The notes beneath the pieces are model-generated. The model made no database searches. It saw nothing but the letters and a program-made list of their open reading frames with translations, and was not told where the DNA came from. From Oopsacas minuta (lineage: Eukaryota > Animalia > Porifera): DNA of 64,000 bases. Positions 41,030 to 52,468 of the stretch are shown here, one piece after another (within the stretch, counting starts at the first letter, position 1; every line of letters starts with the position of its first letter). The translations under genes and the position numbers were made by a program. The stretch is from positions 40,706-104,705 of the forward strand of contig JAKMXF010000363.1 of the NCBI GenBank assembly GCA_024704765.1. Direction: 5' to 3'.

Positions 41030-44000
41030 TAGGCCGGATCGAGAAAAGTATAAATCGTCGATTCAACTTCTACCTAAGGGAAAAGTTGCCTTTACCAATT
41101 TCTAGGAAAATGCGAGATTAAATTTGAAAAATATTTCGATTTGACCCTTGCGGTTTTATATTTTTGCTGTGTCACTTTCGCAAAATTGATTTTATATTGT
41201 CCGAATTTTCAAATTCCTTTGACTTAGCCCCTTTATATATATTATTTGGTAATAGTAAGTCGCATATTTGCTATTGAATGGTGTATTAATCGAATTGCTA
41301 TGTCCAAGGATACTCAAGTTATCAAGATTTTTTGCATATTCTATCATACCCTAATATTATTATCCAACCCCCTTTTTCCGATTATTTGAAATTCTATATC
41401 CTTAGTAAAATTTGTTATATAATCATCAAACTTAGTATATTTCTTTATCTAGATCCAAATTCCTCAATAGGTTACCACAAAGAAATTTTACCAACATTCC
41501 TTATCTCTTGTTCTTAACTAAGTTACCATTTATCTAGCATGGAATTTATGGTCAATTATAGTATCTATATCAATGTCGATAAAATCAATCATATTATTGA
41601 GTGATTATATTCCTAAAATATATTTATTTTTGGAATGGCAGAAAACACGCGTAGTAAAGTCTTTCATCCTATTTTTGCTATCCAGGACCCATTCCAGAAA
41701 ATCAACTTCAAACAAAACTAGATATATATAGTCATTATAGAATGCTTAGGAATGAAGATTCTAAATCAACTAGAGATGATATAGCGAAAGAACTAACTGA
41801 AGTATTAGTGCGTATCTATAATTTGGCTTCCATACCCACTATATCAGAGCTCAAATAAAACAGTACATCAATTCTGATATTATTGAGAGAGCTAAATACT
41901 ACGAAAAAGTATCTAAAACAAGCAACAACCTGACCGTATACAGCCTATTATTTCCGGATTCAATGTCTTGTTCGATGTCTCAAGTTGCAAATGCCTAATT
42001 CAGGAAGGTAAATGTTTTTGCTCTCTCGGTAAAAAGATACCACGCCGTGAGTGGCCATTTCTCTTTGATTAGCGAAACGCTCGAAAATTATTTATATCCA
42101 GCTTGGATTGCATGACAACCTCTAAAAATATTGTTAAACAAAAAAGAAAAGAGGCACAATATGAAAGAGAAGAAAGGGAAGTGAAGAGATTACATGCAGT
42201 TCAACCTTCGCAAGAATTTATAGAATGTGACTTTGAAGAGTTTGAATCTTTTGACTCGAGTACATCTAACACTCACAAGTATACACGTAATCATAATCAA
42301 TTACGAAATTTAGCCATAATGTGTGATAGATATCAAAATTAGCGATCAGGCAGGCGCAGCTATAGCTAACGCAGTACTGCAGGATTACGGTATTATCACA
42401 CAGGAAGAAGATAGTCAAATTATTGATAGAAACAAACTCCGTAGATCTAGATTCTCTGTGAGAAAGGAATTGGCTAATGAGAGTCACGAAACTATCAATG
42501 ACATATCTGCAATATATTTTCATGGCCGTAAAGATCAAGCTCGAGTACTGGTAGAAAGAGAAGATGGACATTTGCATCAGGATACTGCAAATGAAGAACA
42601 TTATATTGTCTTATCTGAACCGGGGAATCAGTATGTTGCCCATATAACACCAAGTTCTGGTAAAGCCAAAGATATAGCAAAGGAATTGACTGATCTTTGC
42701 AGGGAGCGTAATTCAAATTTAATGGCCGTTGGAGCTGATGGAACTCGTGTTAACACTGGAATCTACAATGGGTGTATTAGAATACTTGAACTAGAGTTCA
42801 GAAAACCACTCCACTGGTTTATTTGCCAATTACATGCTAATGAACTTCTATTGAGGCATCTCATTCAAATAATAGATGGAAAACCAGTGGACCCAATTCT
42901 TTTAAAGGAGTAATTGGCAAAGAACTTAATTGTGATTTTACTTGCAAACCAATTGCAGCGTATCATCCTTTATGCGGTAAAACTCAACTTATTAATTGCG
43001 ATATCCTCAAGAATTTAAATAAAGATCAGAAATATCTATATAATATCAGTCATTCAGTCCAGAATGGTATTTGCTCATCTGAACTGGCATCGATGCAACC
43101 TGGTCCTATACATCATGCTAGATAGACAACACTGGCCAACAGATTACTTAGGTCGCACATTTCTACGATACATCCCACACCTGAATTATCCCGACTTGTC
43201 AATTTTATTGTCAATTATTATGCACCAGTTGGTTTAGAATCAAGAGTAACCCGATTTGCACAGACGGACCTAAAAATATTTTTTTGCGATATCTTTGCTG
43301 CGAGATCTATCGGAGTCTGACCAAGAAGTAATTTGCGATGTGATACAGAGAAACTCATATTATAGTTATCCAGAAAATCTCCTGTTATCGATGCTTGCAG
43401 ATAGTGATGAACAAATTAGACAAAAGGCAGTGAAGACTATTTTAGATATCCGAATTAACAGTCCATCATTTAGACCGATTGAAATTCGCCCATTTAATCT
43501 TCCTTCAATAAGGTTCACTCCTGAAACATATGTAAATATGATTGATTGGGAAACCTCTTTTATCACTGAACCGCCTTTTACAAGATATCTATCAAAAGAA
43601 GTACTAATTAATTGTGTACGTGCTCCACTAGAAATTCCAGTATATCCATGTCATACACAAGCTGTTGAAAGAACTATTCAATTAGTCACTAAAAGTTTGT
43701 GTTCAGTAACAGGAGAAGATGCAAGACATGGATTAATTCTTTCAACCCTAACATCAAGAGAAAAAATACCCGCATTTGAGTCAAAGAAAGATTGTGCATG
43801 TTAAATATACTTGATATAACATAATTGAATCATATACCACGATAGATAAAAAGCTATTAATTTTCAAATAATCGAAAAGAGTGAAGTGGGTAATAATATA
43901 GGGGTATGATAGAACATGCAAATAAATCTTAATAACTTGAGTATCCTTGGGCATAGCAATTCGATTAATACACCATTCAATAGCAAATATGCGACTTACT

Positions 44001-44225
44001 ATTACCAAATAATATATATAAAGGGGCTAAGTCAAAGGAATTTGAAAATTCGGACAATATAAAATCAATTTTGCGAAAGTGACACAGCAAAAATATAAAA
44101 CCGCAAGGGTCAAATCGAAATATTTTTCAAATTTAAGTCTCGCATTTTCCTAGAAAATGGTAAAGGCAACTTTTCCCTTAGGTAGAAGTTGAACCGAGGA
44201 TTTATACTTTACTCGATCCGGCCTA
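41030..44225 (+). mobile_element. complete hAT-like element with ~380-bp TIRs (hATm-like by recollection)
   Basis: Termini taggccggatcgag / ctcgatccggccta, 8-bp TSD ctatttag / caatttag, long near-perfect inverted arms ~41030-41400 and ~43850-44225. Confidence 0.92.
41635..43804 (+). pseudogene. hAT-like transposase with multiple frameshifts and stops
   Basis: MAENTRS...LPT, ASIPT, YFHGRKD, GADGTRVNTG, WFICQLHANEL, HHAR*TTLANR, PCHTQAVER. Confidence 0.88.
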
Positions 44226-45115
44226 CAATTTAGTTTTTCTTTTCTATAGTAGTATGCGCATAAGCGTTAGGAAATCTCCAATTTTGTTATCATTGTCATT
44301 TTTCCGACACAATATGCATGAGAGATAGTTGAAATACCTCCCGATTGCGATATCAACACAGATATATGCAATAATTTTCTCTTAATAATTGTTGTTTGAG
44401 AACACAGATCAATTCTACTGCTCTACATATTAGTTCAAATAGACTATAAAATAACTCTCACAATAATATTTGTACTTACAGGGTGGATAATAAGTTCTGC
44501 CCCATTGCTAATATACAATAACTAACGAATTAGCGTGTATCAGGGTTCTGCCCAGGATTTCTTGAAGGTGCATCCGTACCAAAATAGTTAAGTATTCTGT
44601 GGTCTACAATGTTATTGCAATTGCATTTCATCTACTATATATACAGCTATGCCGCTCACCGAAAAGTAGGCCAGAATAGAAGGCCAGTTCTTGAACTTTC
44701 GAAATTTTCATCAACATATACTTCGAAAAATATATATGATAGACAATAATAGTGTAATACCAACATAAGGGAATATGAAATCAAAATCTATGTAGAGGTG
44801 CTCAAAAATGTGATTAGTCATTATTTGGCTATGAAATGTACAATTTTTAGAACCAAATGTGTCGTTTTGTAAACTGGTTCAAAACGTAGGTTTCAATATT
44901 TTAGATACAAGAATATTATATGTAATATCACAAGAGTACTTGATTGGAAAATTTGGATCATATGATCGAAATCTGTACATATTCTCTCGTTGCTAGGGAA
45001 ACACATTTTCCCTATATTGGAGCCATAGCACGAAAACTATGAATATTATTGATAAGAAACTGATACAAATCAGTAGACAATAGTTGACTTCATATTGACA
45101 AATTAAACTCTTTAA

Positions 45116-45222
45116 CCGTGGACGGAATAATTAGGACCAAGTGTCCCAGCATTTATATGGCTTCGGCCATAGAAAATGGCTGGGAGAGATCCTCGATGTT
45201 TCCTATGCTATGCCGTATACGG
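45116..45222. mobile_element. 107-bp piggyBac-like mini element
   Basis: TTAA|ccgtggacgg ... ccgtatacgg|TTAA; CC/GG termini, 8/10 TIR match. Confidence 0.55.
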
Positions 45223-45267
45223 TTAATGCCATAAGTTCAATATATTTTTCAGGAATATTGACATATA

Positions 45268-46182
45268 CTCTAAGTGGACAAAAGTATTTCAAAACACAAA
45301 TATATTGTCATAAATTGATACTCTTTCCTGTTCCTATATATTGTGTAGTCTATATTCGTAGCTGCTATGTAGTAATTTGTATAGAATAACATATGTTTTC
45401 CAAGAATTTCAAAAAAATAATTTCGATTTACACTTTTGGAAGGTGTTAATTATTAATAATTATTAGATAATTATTGATAATCAAAATACGTGGTATTTCA
45501 AAGCCTATTAAGAATCTATAATTTCTGACTTGATATTTGAATTCTACGTAGGCGAGTTACCCCAGATTGAAATTTCCAATCGGATTGAACAATTTTTACT
45601 AAAGTTATAGAAAAATTTCAATTTGTTCTACTTGTGCCACTTTTTGAAAAAAGTGGCACAGGTGGCAGGAAAAGCGCCACTACAAGGAAGGCAACTAGGG
45701 CTAGGAGGAATAAGTCGAAGTAATATTTTCGAATGATATGACTATGCTAACCCTTGAATTCCATAATAACCTCTTGGTAGCGGCCACTTGTACCACCTTG
45801 GGCAAAAGGTGGCACAAATGGCACAAATTGAAATTCATCTATAACTCTGGTAAAAATTGTTCAATCCGATTGGAAATTTCAATCAGGGGTAACTCGCCTA
45901 CGTAGAATTCAAATATCAAGTCAGAAATTATAGATTCTTAATAGGCTTTGAAATACCACATATTTTGATTATCAATAATTATCTAATAATTATTAATAAT
46001 TAACACCTTCCAAAAGTGTAAATCGAAATTATTTTTTTGAAATTCTTGAAAAACATATGTTATTCTATACAAATTACTACATAGCAGCTACGAATATAGA
46101 CTACACAATATATAGGAGCGGGAAAGAGTATACAATTTATGACAATATATTTGTGTTTTGAAATACTTTTGTCCACTTAGAG
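45268..46182. mobile_element. foldback element with ~370-bp near-perfect TIRs, non-coding
   Basis: tata|ctctaagtggacaaaag ... cttttgtccacttagag|tata; arms ~45268-45640 and ~45810-46182. Confidence 0.92.
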
Positions 46183-46248
46183 TATATATAATTTGAGCGA
46201 GTTCAAAAAATGCATTTGTCCAACTATCAATGCACCTAGGACGGCTCC

Positions 46249-49200
46249 TAAGTTATAACCTTTTCTTACGGTTATAACTTTGTACGTAACTGGTTATAAC
46301 CAGTTATAGCCAGTTATGAAAAACTTCATTAATTCTATCGTGTTTGTTCCATGTTATTGCGAAATAATTACCTACTAGTCTTTTACTTTTTATGTTTCCT
46401 CGTAAGTTCACACACTCAATAGCTATATTGATCAACCTCAATTTCCATATCATGTTTGTGTTTGTGTTCATTGATACTAGTCTAGTTGAACATTAACTAC
46501 AATTACATTTATACCTCTTTCTACTTGATCTTTCATTAATTCCTCCGAATCAATTTTACCTGACTGACAATGCTCGACTGCCTATCTAATTAGCTTTTTT
46601 GATTAGATTTTAATTGATTTTAGCCTTTTTCTGTTTTACTACTGGACTCACATGACAACACATAATGCTGGAGGACTAAAGAAGAAAAAGCTCCTGTCAA
46701 AGTCTCTAACAAGGATGCCTCATTTCAACGTTCCCCAAAACCGGGAACCCCGAAAGTGGAAACCAAATTTGTGCCCCCTTTCTAAGATTGCCAATGGTCG
46801 TGTGAACTATGATCTGCTGAGGAAAGAAACTTCAGTTAACAAAATAACATGGCCTCCAGCACGAACTTTTTCAAGTCCTTTATACTCTTTTTTCTTACCC
46901 GTTGGACCAAAAATCGGTAACTACTATTGGCTACAATGTCTTTATTGTAACTCAGATCCGATGATGCCCAAGCTGAACCTTATGAATCGACATTTCTTTG
47001 GGGTAGGTCCATCTAAATGCTCCAGGCTAGAAGCATTCTCCGCGGAACATAAAACATTATTTGACGAATTGAAAGAATGTTATATCAACGGCAATCTACA
47101 ACTGCCTAAAGGCACATCAAAGTTAGCACATGGTGTACTCGAAGGAGACTTGGTTTCTTCCAGTATCCATACAGATTCAGAAGAATCACAATTCTATAGC
47201 GAAGCTCTTCCAAGTGTTTGCTCATCAGCTATTACTTTGTCTCCAGTTCCTGAAAAAAGTTCTTTGGAATCAAATGTGATTCCAAAGAAATCGAGACACC
47301 TCTTTTAGTCAGTACTCCGTTCTCGGAAAACCTGAAGCTCTCATCTTTACGACGTAGGTGTTATTCCCCACAAAGAATTTCCGATATTAGTAAGCTATCT
47401 AAGGCTAAGCACCGAAGCTCTTATCCTTTTGCTGTTCCTGGAGATCTCAAGGTTCTTACTATTCGTAAGCTGCTTGTTCACTTTGGAGTGTCAATTGGTA
47501 TATCTACGCGATTCGTAGAGAATTTTTGGTTCAATAAACTAGCAAGAAAGATATCGTCGTTTACTCCAAATGTTTCATCATCCACTCTAGAACAAACTAC
47601 ACTTCCTCAGCTTAGCACTGAAGCTCGTGAAAGTCTACTATTTGCTATCGCAAAATGTCCTTATATCACATGTGAATGCGATGGATGGACAACAATGGCT
47701 CGCAATTCGCTATTTTGTTTATTAATTACTGGTCATAAGTTGGATTCAGAAGAACAAATTTCGTTACTTTATGATCAGACAGAGTTTAAGCAGCAGATGC
47801 ATGGTGCTCCAGAGATTTATACGTTTCTTAAGAGTGCTATATCGAAACTGAAATCAGATTTACGCAAGAGAGCTTTAACAACTGAAGTGCCAAAAATAAT
47901 AGGAATCGTGGCTGATGGTGAAGCGTCTGTCAGGGGTGCATTGACACTCCTTTGTGAGGACACTAAAGTTGGGGCACTATTTAACTGTAGGTGTATAGCA
48001 CACCTATCCAACCTTGTACCGACTACAATATACAAGAAATCAGAGTGGGTACGTCACATAGTACTTTCTACAACTCGAATTGTTAGTTACTTTAGATACT
48101 CAACAAGAGCAAGTCAAGAACTTAAGGCTGCAGGTGATGCACGGGTTTTACAAAGATATTGCGATACTCGTTGGAGCTCACTATATTATTGCTTAACGAG
48201 TGTCAAAGGTCATCGTGACTCTTTAGTGAGTATAATTAGACGGAGGGATGAATTGAAATTAGGAGTTCCCGCTGATGTTGTTTCTATAATAAACGAAGTT
48301 GGCCAGTCCCTCGGTTACTGGTCAGGTTTAAGCCAACTAGAGTCTATATTCTACTACCTGTCTATTACTCGGTCTCTACTACAAGCGAGGAGCATGAACC
48401 CTGCAGACCAGTTTGTGGTATTTTGGTCAATGTGCGTACAAATGGAAAATGAAGCTCGAGCTCAGGGTATTCCTCCATCAGTTTATTCAACAATTAATAA
48501 GGTTTTACAAACTCGTATACAAGAATTTGTGTCTACTATGCCAATTTGCTTGGTTGCATACTTGTTCTCAGCAAGATATCGTGGATTTCTACTCACTTGT
48601 AGCAGTGGTTTCTTGAAAGAATGGGAAAAAATTCAGGAGTCATGGAAAGTTGTTCTACGATATATTGGTATTAGTGTCAAGAACAAATGGAAGAACAGAT
48701 GTATATTGTCCTGGAAACCTATTGTGCTCAAGGTTTTTCGCATGATAACCAGCACCCCGCATTCCGACAAATACCAGGAATTACTGATACTTTTACTGGG
48801 ATATAGTCAGACATTGGTGTCAATGCCATCCTAATAAGGACATTCGCTCATATTTTGCTCTAGCCTGTGTTGCAATACGTTGCCTCCTAGCTCCTGGTAC
48901 TAGCTCGCGTCTCGAATCAGCCTTTTCAATAATGAAACTGTTATCCTCATCAACTCGTGCAAACATGTCTTCAGATAGAATTGTGTCTGAGTTTATAATC
49001 CGGCAGGCTCAGAAACAAATCTGGGGAGAAAAGTCAGCGAATACGCAGTCCTCAGGGAAACTAGCAATTACTTTAGCTTCGAACTCGATTCAACATGGAG
49101 ATGAAGAAGACTTAATTGATCTACTATCAAAAGAATCAGAAGAAATTGAAGTGAGTAGTTCAGATGATGTTGTGCTACTAAGTGACATTAACGATATTTG

Positions 49201-49831
49201 TTGGTTTCCTGTACCATGTGCCAGAACTCTTCGCAACCATAAGCGCAATTTTGGAAACTTGCCTGGGTTTTGGAACGGGATTTATCCAAATGTTAGTGAT
49301 CCAAAGGAAATTCCCTGTGAACAAGATGAGCAGGTGTTTGAAAAAGCACATATTTTTTTAGTTAAATTATGGAATGTATCTTTCCATAATTCTAGTGACT
49401 ATTACTACTTGTTGTATTAACCCTTATCTAACAATTAGCACTCTACATGGCTATGTAAGGGTACTCTCTTGTCTCATATTTACAAATTACAATATGTGTA
49501 TACTTTATGCGCATAATTATTTTGCTAACATTCAGTGACGTTGATAAGGATAACCAACTTTACCCAGTTTTAACTTTACTAAAAATCTGATATGACAGGT
49601 TATAACTAGTTATAATAAGTTACAACTGGTTACAACTTTGTACGTAACTAGTATTAAGCGAGTTATAACTAGTTATAATATAATTATCTGGTTATAACCG
49701 ACATAACATCATTTATATCTAATTTAGATATGTAGTCGGTTATAACCTGATAATTATATTTATAACTAGTTATAACTGGTTATAACTTTCGTAACCTTAT
49801 ATGGATTGGGTTACGAAAATTTGATAACCTG
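46249..49831 (+). mobile_element. large hAT element (ends tentative)
   Basis: ttataac(t/c)(a/g)gttata arrays at 46250-46320 and 49598-49800. Weak TIR (taagttataacc.. vs caggttatcaaa..); candidate TSD acggctcc / gaggctgc matches only 5/8. Confidence 0.65.
46652..49420 (+). CDS. ~900-aa hAT-family transposase (BED finger, RNase-H core, hATC), near intact, three -1 frameshifts
   Basis: WLQCLYC...MNRHF, CECDGWT, IVADGEASV, CRCIAHLSNL, DTRWSS, SSRLESAFS. Frames join by 1-nt insertions near 47285, 48670 and 48793; I found no in-frame stops. Confidence 0.82.
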
Positions 49832-51156
49832 GAGGCTGCTTCGAACAATATATGATGACAGAAATTTCGACATTTCACAAACTGGCCTTCAATTTTGGCC
49901 TACTTTTCGGTGAGTTGCATAGATGTGTATATATAGTAGGCTATGCTCAGGTTCCGTATACAATTTTATAAACATTTTATCAACATTGAACCTTATGTAT
50001 TGAATTTGAAGTATATACTGTGGGTTTCTATTTGTCAGTTAGTTAACTATTCACAATACTTACCACAGATTACAACTTATTGGAAAGTAGTTTGTGATTT
50101 TAACTCGCGTATTTGCTACAAATCTTAAGGAATTTTCTTTAACGAAGACAATACATCGGTACAGAAATTGTTCTGACAAAGGAAATTACACTTCATAAAC
50201 ATAGCAATGCGTGTAATTGTTATGGAACTACATTATTTAGTTGATAGATAAGAATTATGTACTTAGTTAATTACTCTTGTAGTCTATCTCAGAGGGTGTT
50301 CGGACCAATACGCCTTAGAAAAGGAAGGCGTATCCGGTCAATAAGCCATATCGGCCTGTGGAGAGCTCTGCATGCATTGCTTACGTTTTTCATCAGGAAG
50401 AAACTAAATAATATTTGGTTAAAGAAATATCTCTAACTTTAAATATAACTGTTGCAGTGCATTAGAAACTTTTGTGTGTTCATGAACACACATATGTATT
50501 CGTGAATACACAGTTTCAAACTTAGTGTGTTAGAAACGTTGCATTGTTTCTATGTATGTTTATCGAATATTTGTATTATAGGTAGCTAATAAAATGGAAA
50601 AGTCAAATTCTGAATTATGCTTCATCTACCTCTTTTTGCTGGGGCGAGTATTTTCTAATGATACAATAAGTTGAAATAAAAACAAATTGAACCCAGAATT
50701 AATTCATTGTTCTCCCAAATGAATCTTTGAGGGTCATTTATCTCTCAATTATGCTGATACTTCAGATGATACTTCTCTTTTGAGACATAAACGAATATCA
50801 GTATTTTCTTGGGTTGTTTCCTCATTCCCTTCTATCTATTCATGTTACTTCAGAAGTGAGGGCCTCAGAATCTATATGCGTGACGAAAGTGTTTGCAGCA
50901 CGCGCCTTATTATAAGTTTCAATTGGTAAGAATGTAATTTTGGCGTGGTTGCCCTTGCAACCTGCATATTTGTAGATGATAAACACAATTCAACTACAAC
51001 ATAACTAGACTAATACTACGATTTAATGCTGCTACTTATTAAAACACTTTTTCCAGGATGACATTTAGTGCTACAAGTACGATTGGACTTTTTACATGCA
51101 CATCTGTTTGTTTTGCAGTTCGAGCATCTACAAAAAGAACCCTCGATTATGCCAAA

Positions 51157-51190
<34 letters not shown>

Positions 51191-52468
51191 ATAGTAGAAC
51201 TGGATGGAATAGAGGAAAACACACGGGTACCTTCTGGAAGTGGTGGTGAGATATCATCAATGTAAGTATCCTGAATACATTGTGGTTGGAATGGCAACTC
51301 AACTTCATCTACAGGTGTTAGATCAAAATCTGGAACTGTCTCACTTGAGATAATGTTGGTGCCATTCGATTGCATGTAACTACGATCAGGATTATTTATC
51401 TCATCAATAACATTTTCCAGGTCCGCTTCATCGTGAATTTCTGAAGCAAGTTCAGACTGTATTTCTAAGTCAGAAAGGCCAAAAGATGGCTTTCGATTGA
51501 AGAAAGCTTCAAAAGGAGTAATTACAATAGTAGAATGGTAGGTAGTATTTTTCTCCAGTTAGACACGCCTAAGATACTTGACCCAACACAAATCGTTGTC
51601 GCTGTCCCTCATTTTAGATACTAATGCATTTTTCATGTCGCGGTTTGCACGCTCTACTGAGCCCTGACTTTCAGTATGTCTGGGTTTTCCGTGCACGATC
51701 TTTGTATTCCCCTGATTCAGATTTACGAAGCGGTAAGGGTTGTTATTCTTATAATCACTTCTATTATCACTCTGCAGAATGTGAGGAATGCCGAGTTCAC
51801 AAAAAAGATCTTACAAAAATCAGCAACCTCTTCTGCACCCTTATTCATCAGAGGACGTAACTGGATAAATGTTGTGAAATGATCCTGATACACTAACAGC
51901 CAACGGTATGGAATACCAGATTCAGACATGCTATGCTTCTATAACATGTCTTTGAAGTAGATCAGGTCTGCTTGACAACGCGAGAGATATACAGTAGAAA
52001 AAATGGGCTTAACTACAAGAGACTTTATGCACTTCTTTGCTTTCCTTAAATGACACTCTTCGCATCTCTGTAAGAATATATTACATACTTTCTCTGTTAT
52101 ACTATGGAACTCCTGTGAGAAACGCTTATACAATCAAATCCTCCTCACGTGGTTCTGCTCAAGATGTATTTGATGAAGGACATCATACAATTCGTCAATT
52201 GACAGGACTCTCTTATCCGGTATACCTGCATCCTTGCCACGAAGGTATAGGACTTTCTAGCTTTGATAAGGCACTATTTTGAACCTCGCGTGTAGTCTCG
52301 AAGCTTTGAAAAATGCTCCTCCCGAATAGGATCAGACATAAAAGTGAATTCATTGTGGATATGAATCAATGAGAACTATCTACCATTGGTAACAGGAAGA
52401 GAACGTATACTCTCTAAAAATCTTGTTTCACCATTGAGTTTAGCGAAATAACCAATTCTTATTGATTA

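Larger units (their letters stand above)
34484..42396 (+). repeat. Duplicated block B (copy 2)
   Basis: See 21709-28260; this copy has an extra 34950-37657 segment and lacks the mariner. Confidence 0.97.
44632..49939. mobile_element. non-autonomous element with ~100-bp TIRs hosting three later insertions
   Basis: ctactatatatacagctatgccgctcaccgaaaagtaggccagaatagaaggccagtt... is the inverse of ...aactggccttcaattttggcctacttttcggtgagttgcatagatgtgtatatatagtag. TSD unclear. Right TIR also at 12646-12745. Confidence 0.7.

Noticed and set aside
44479-44560. Solo TIR-like sequences (cagggtggataataagttctgc; cagggttctgcccagg; also 9341, 20651, 21538)
   Set aside because: No partner TIR, TSD or coding sequence found, so they were not called as elements.
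49598-49800. CRISPR-like or origin-like repeat array
   Set aside because: The repeats are palindromic, lack unique spacers and lie in a eukaryotic TE subterminal region; no cas genes.
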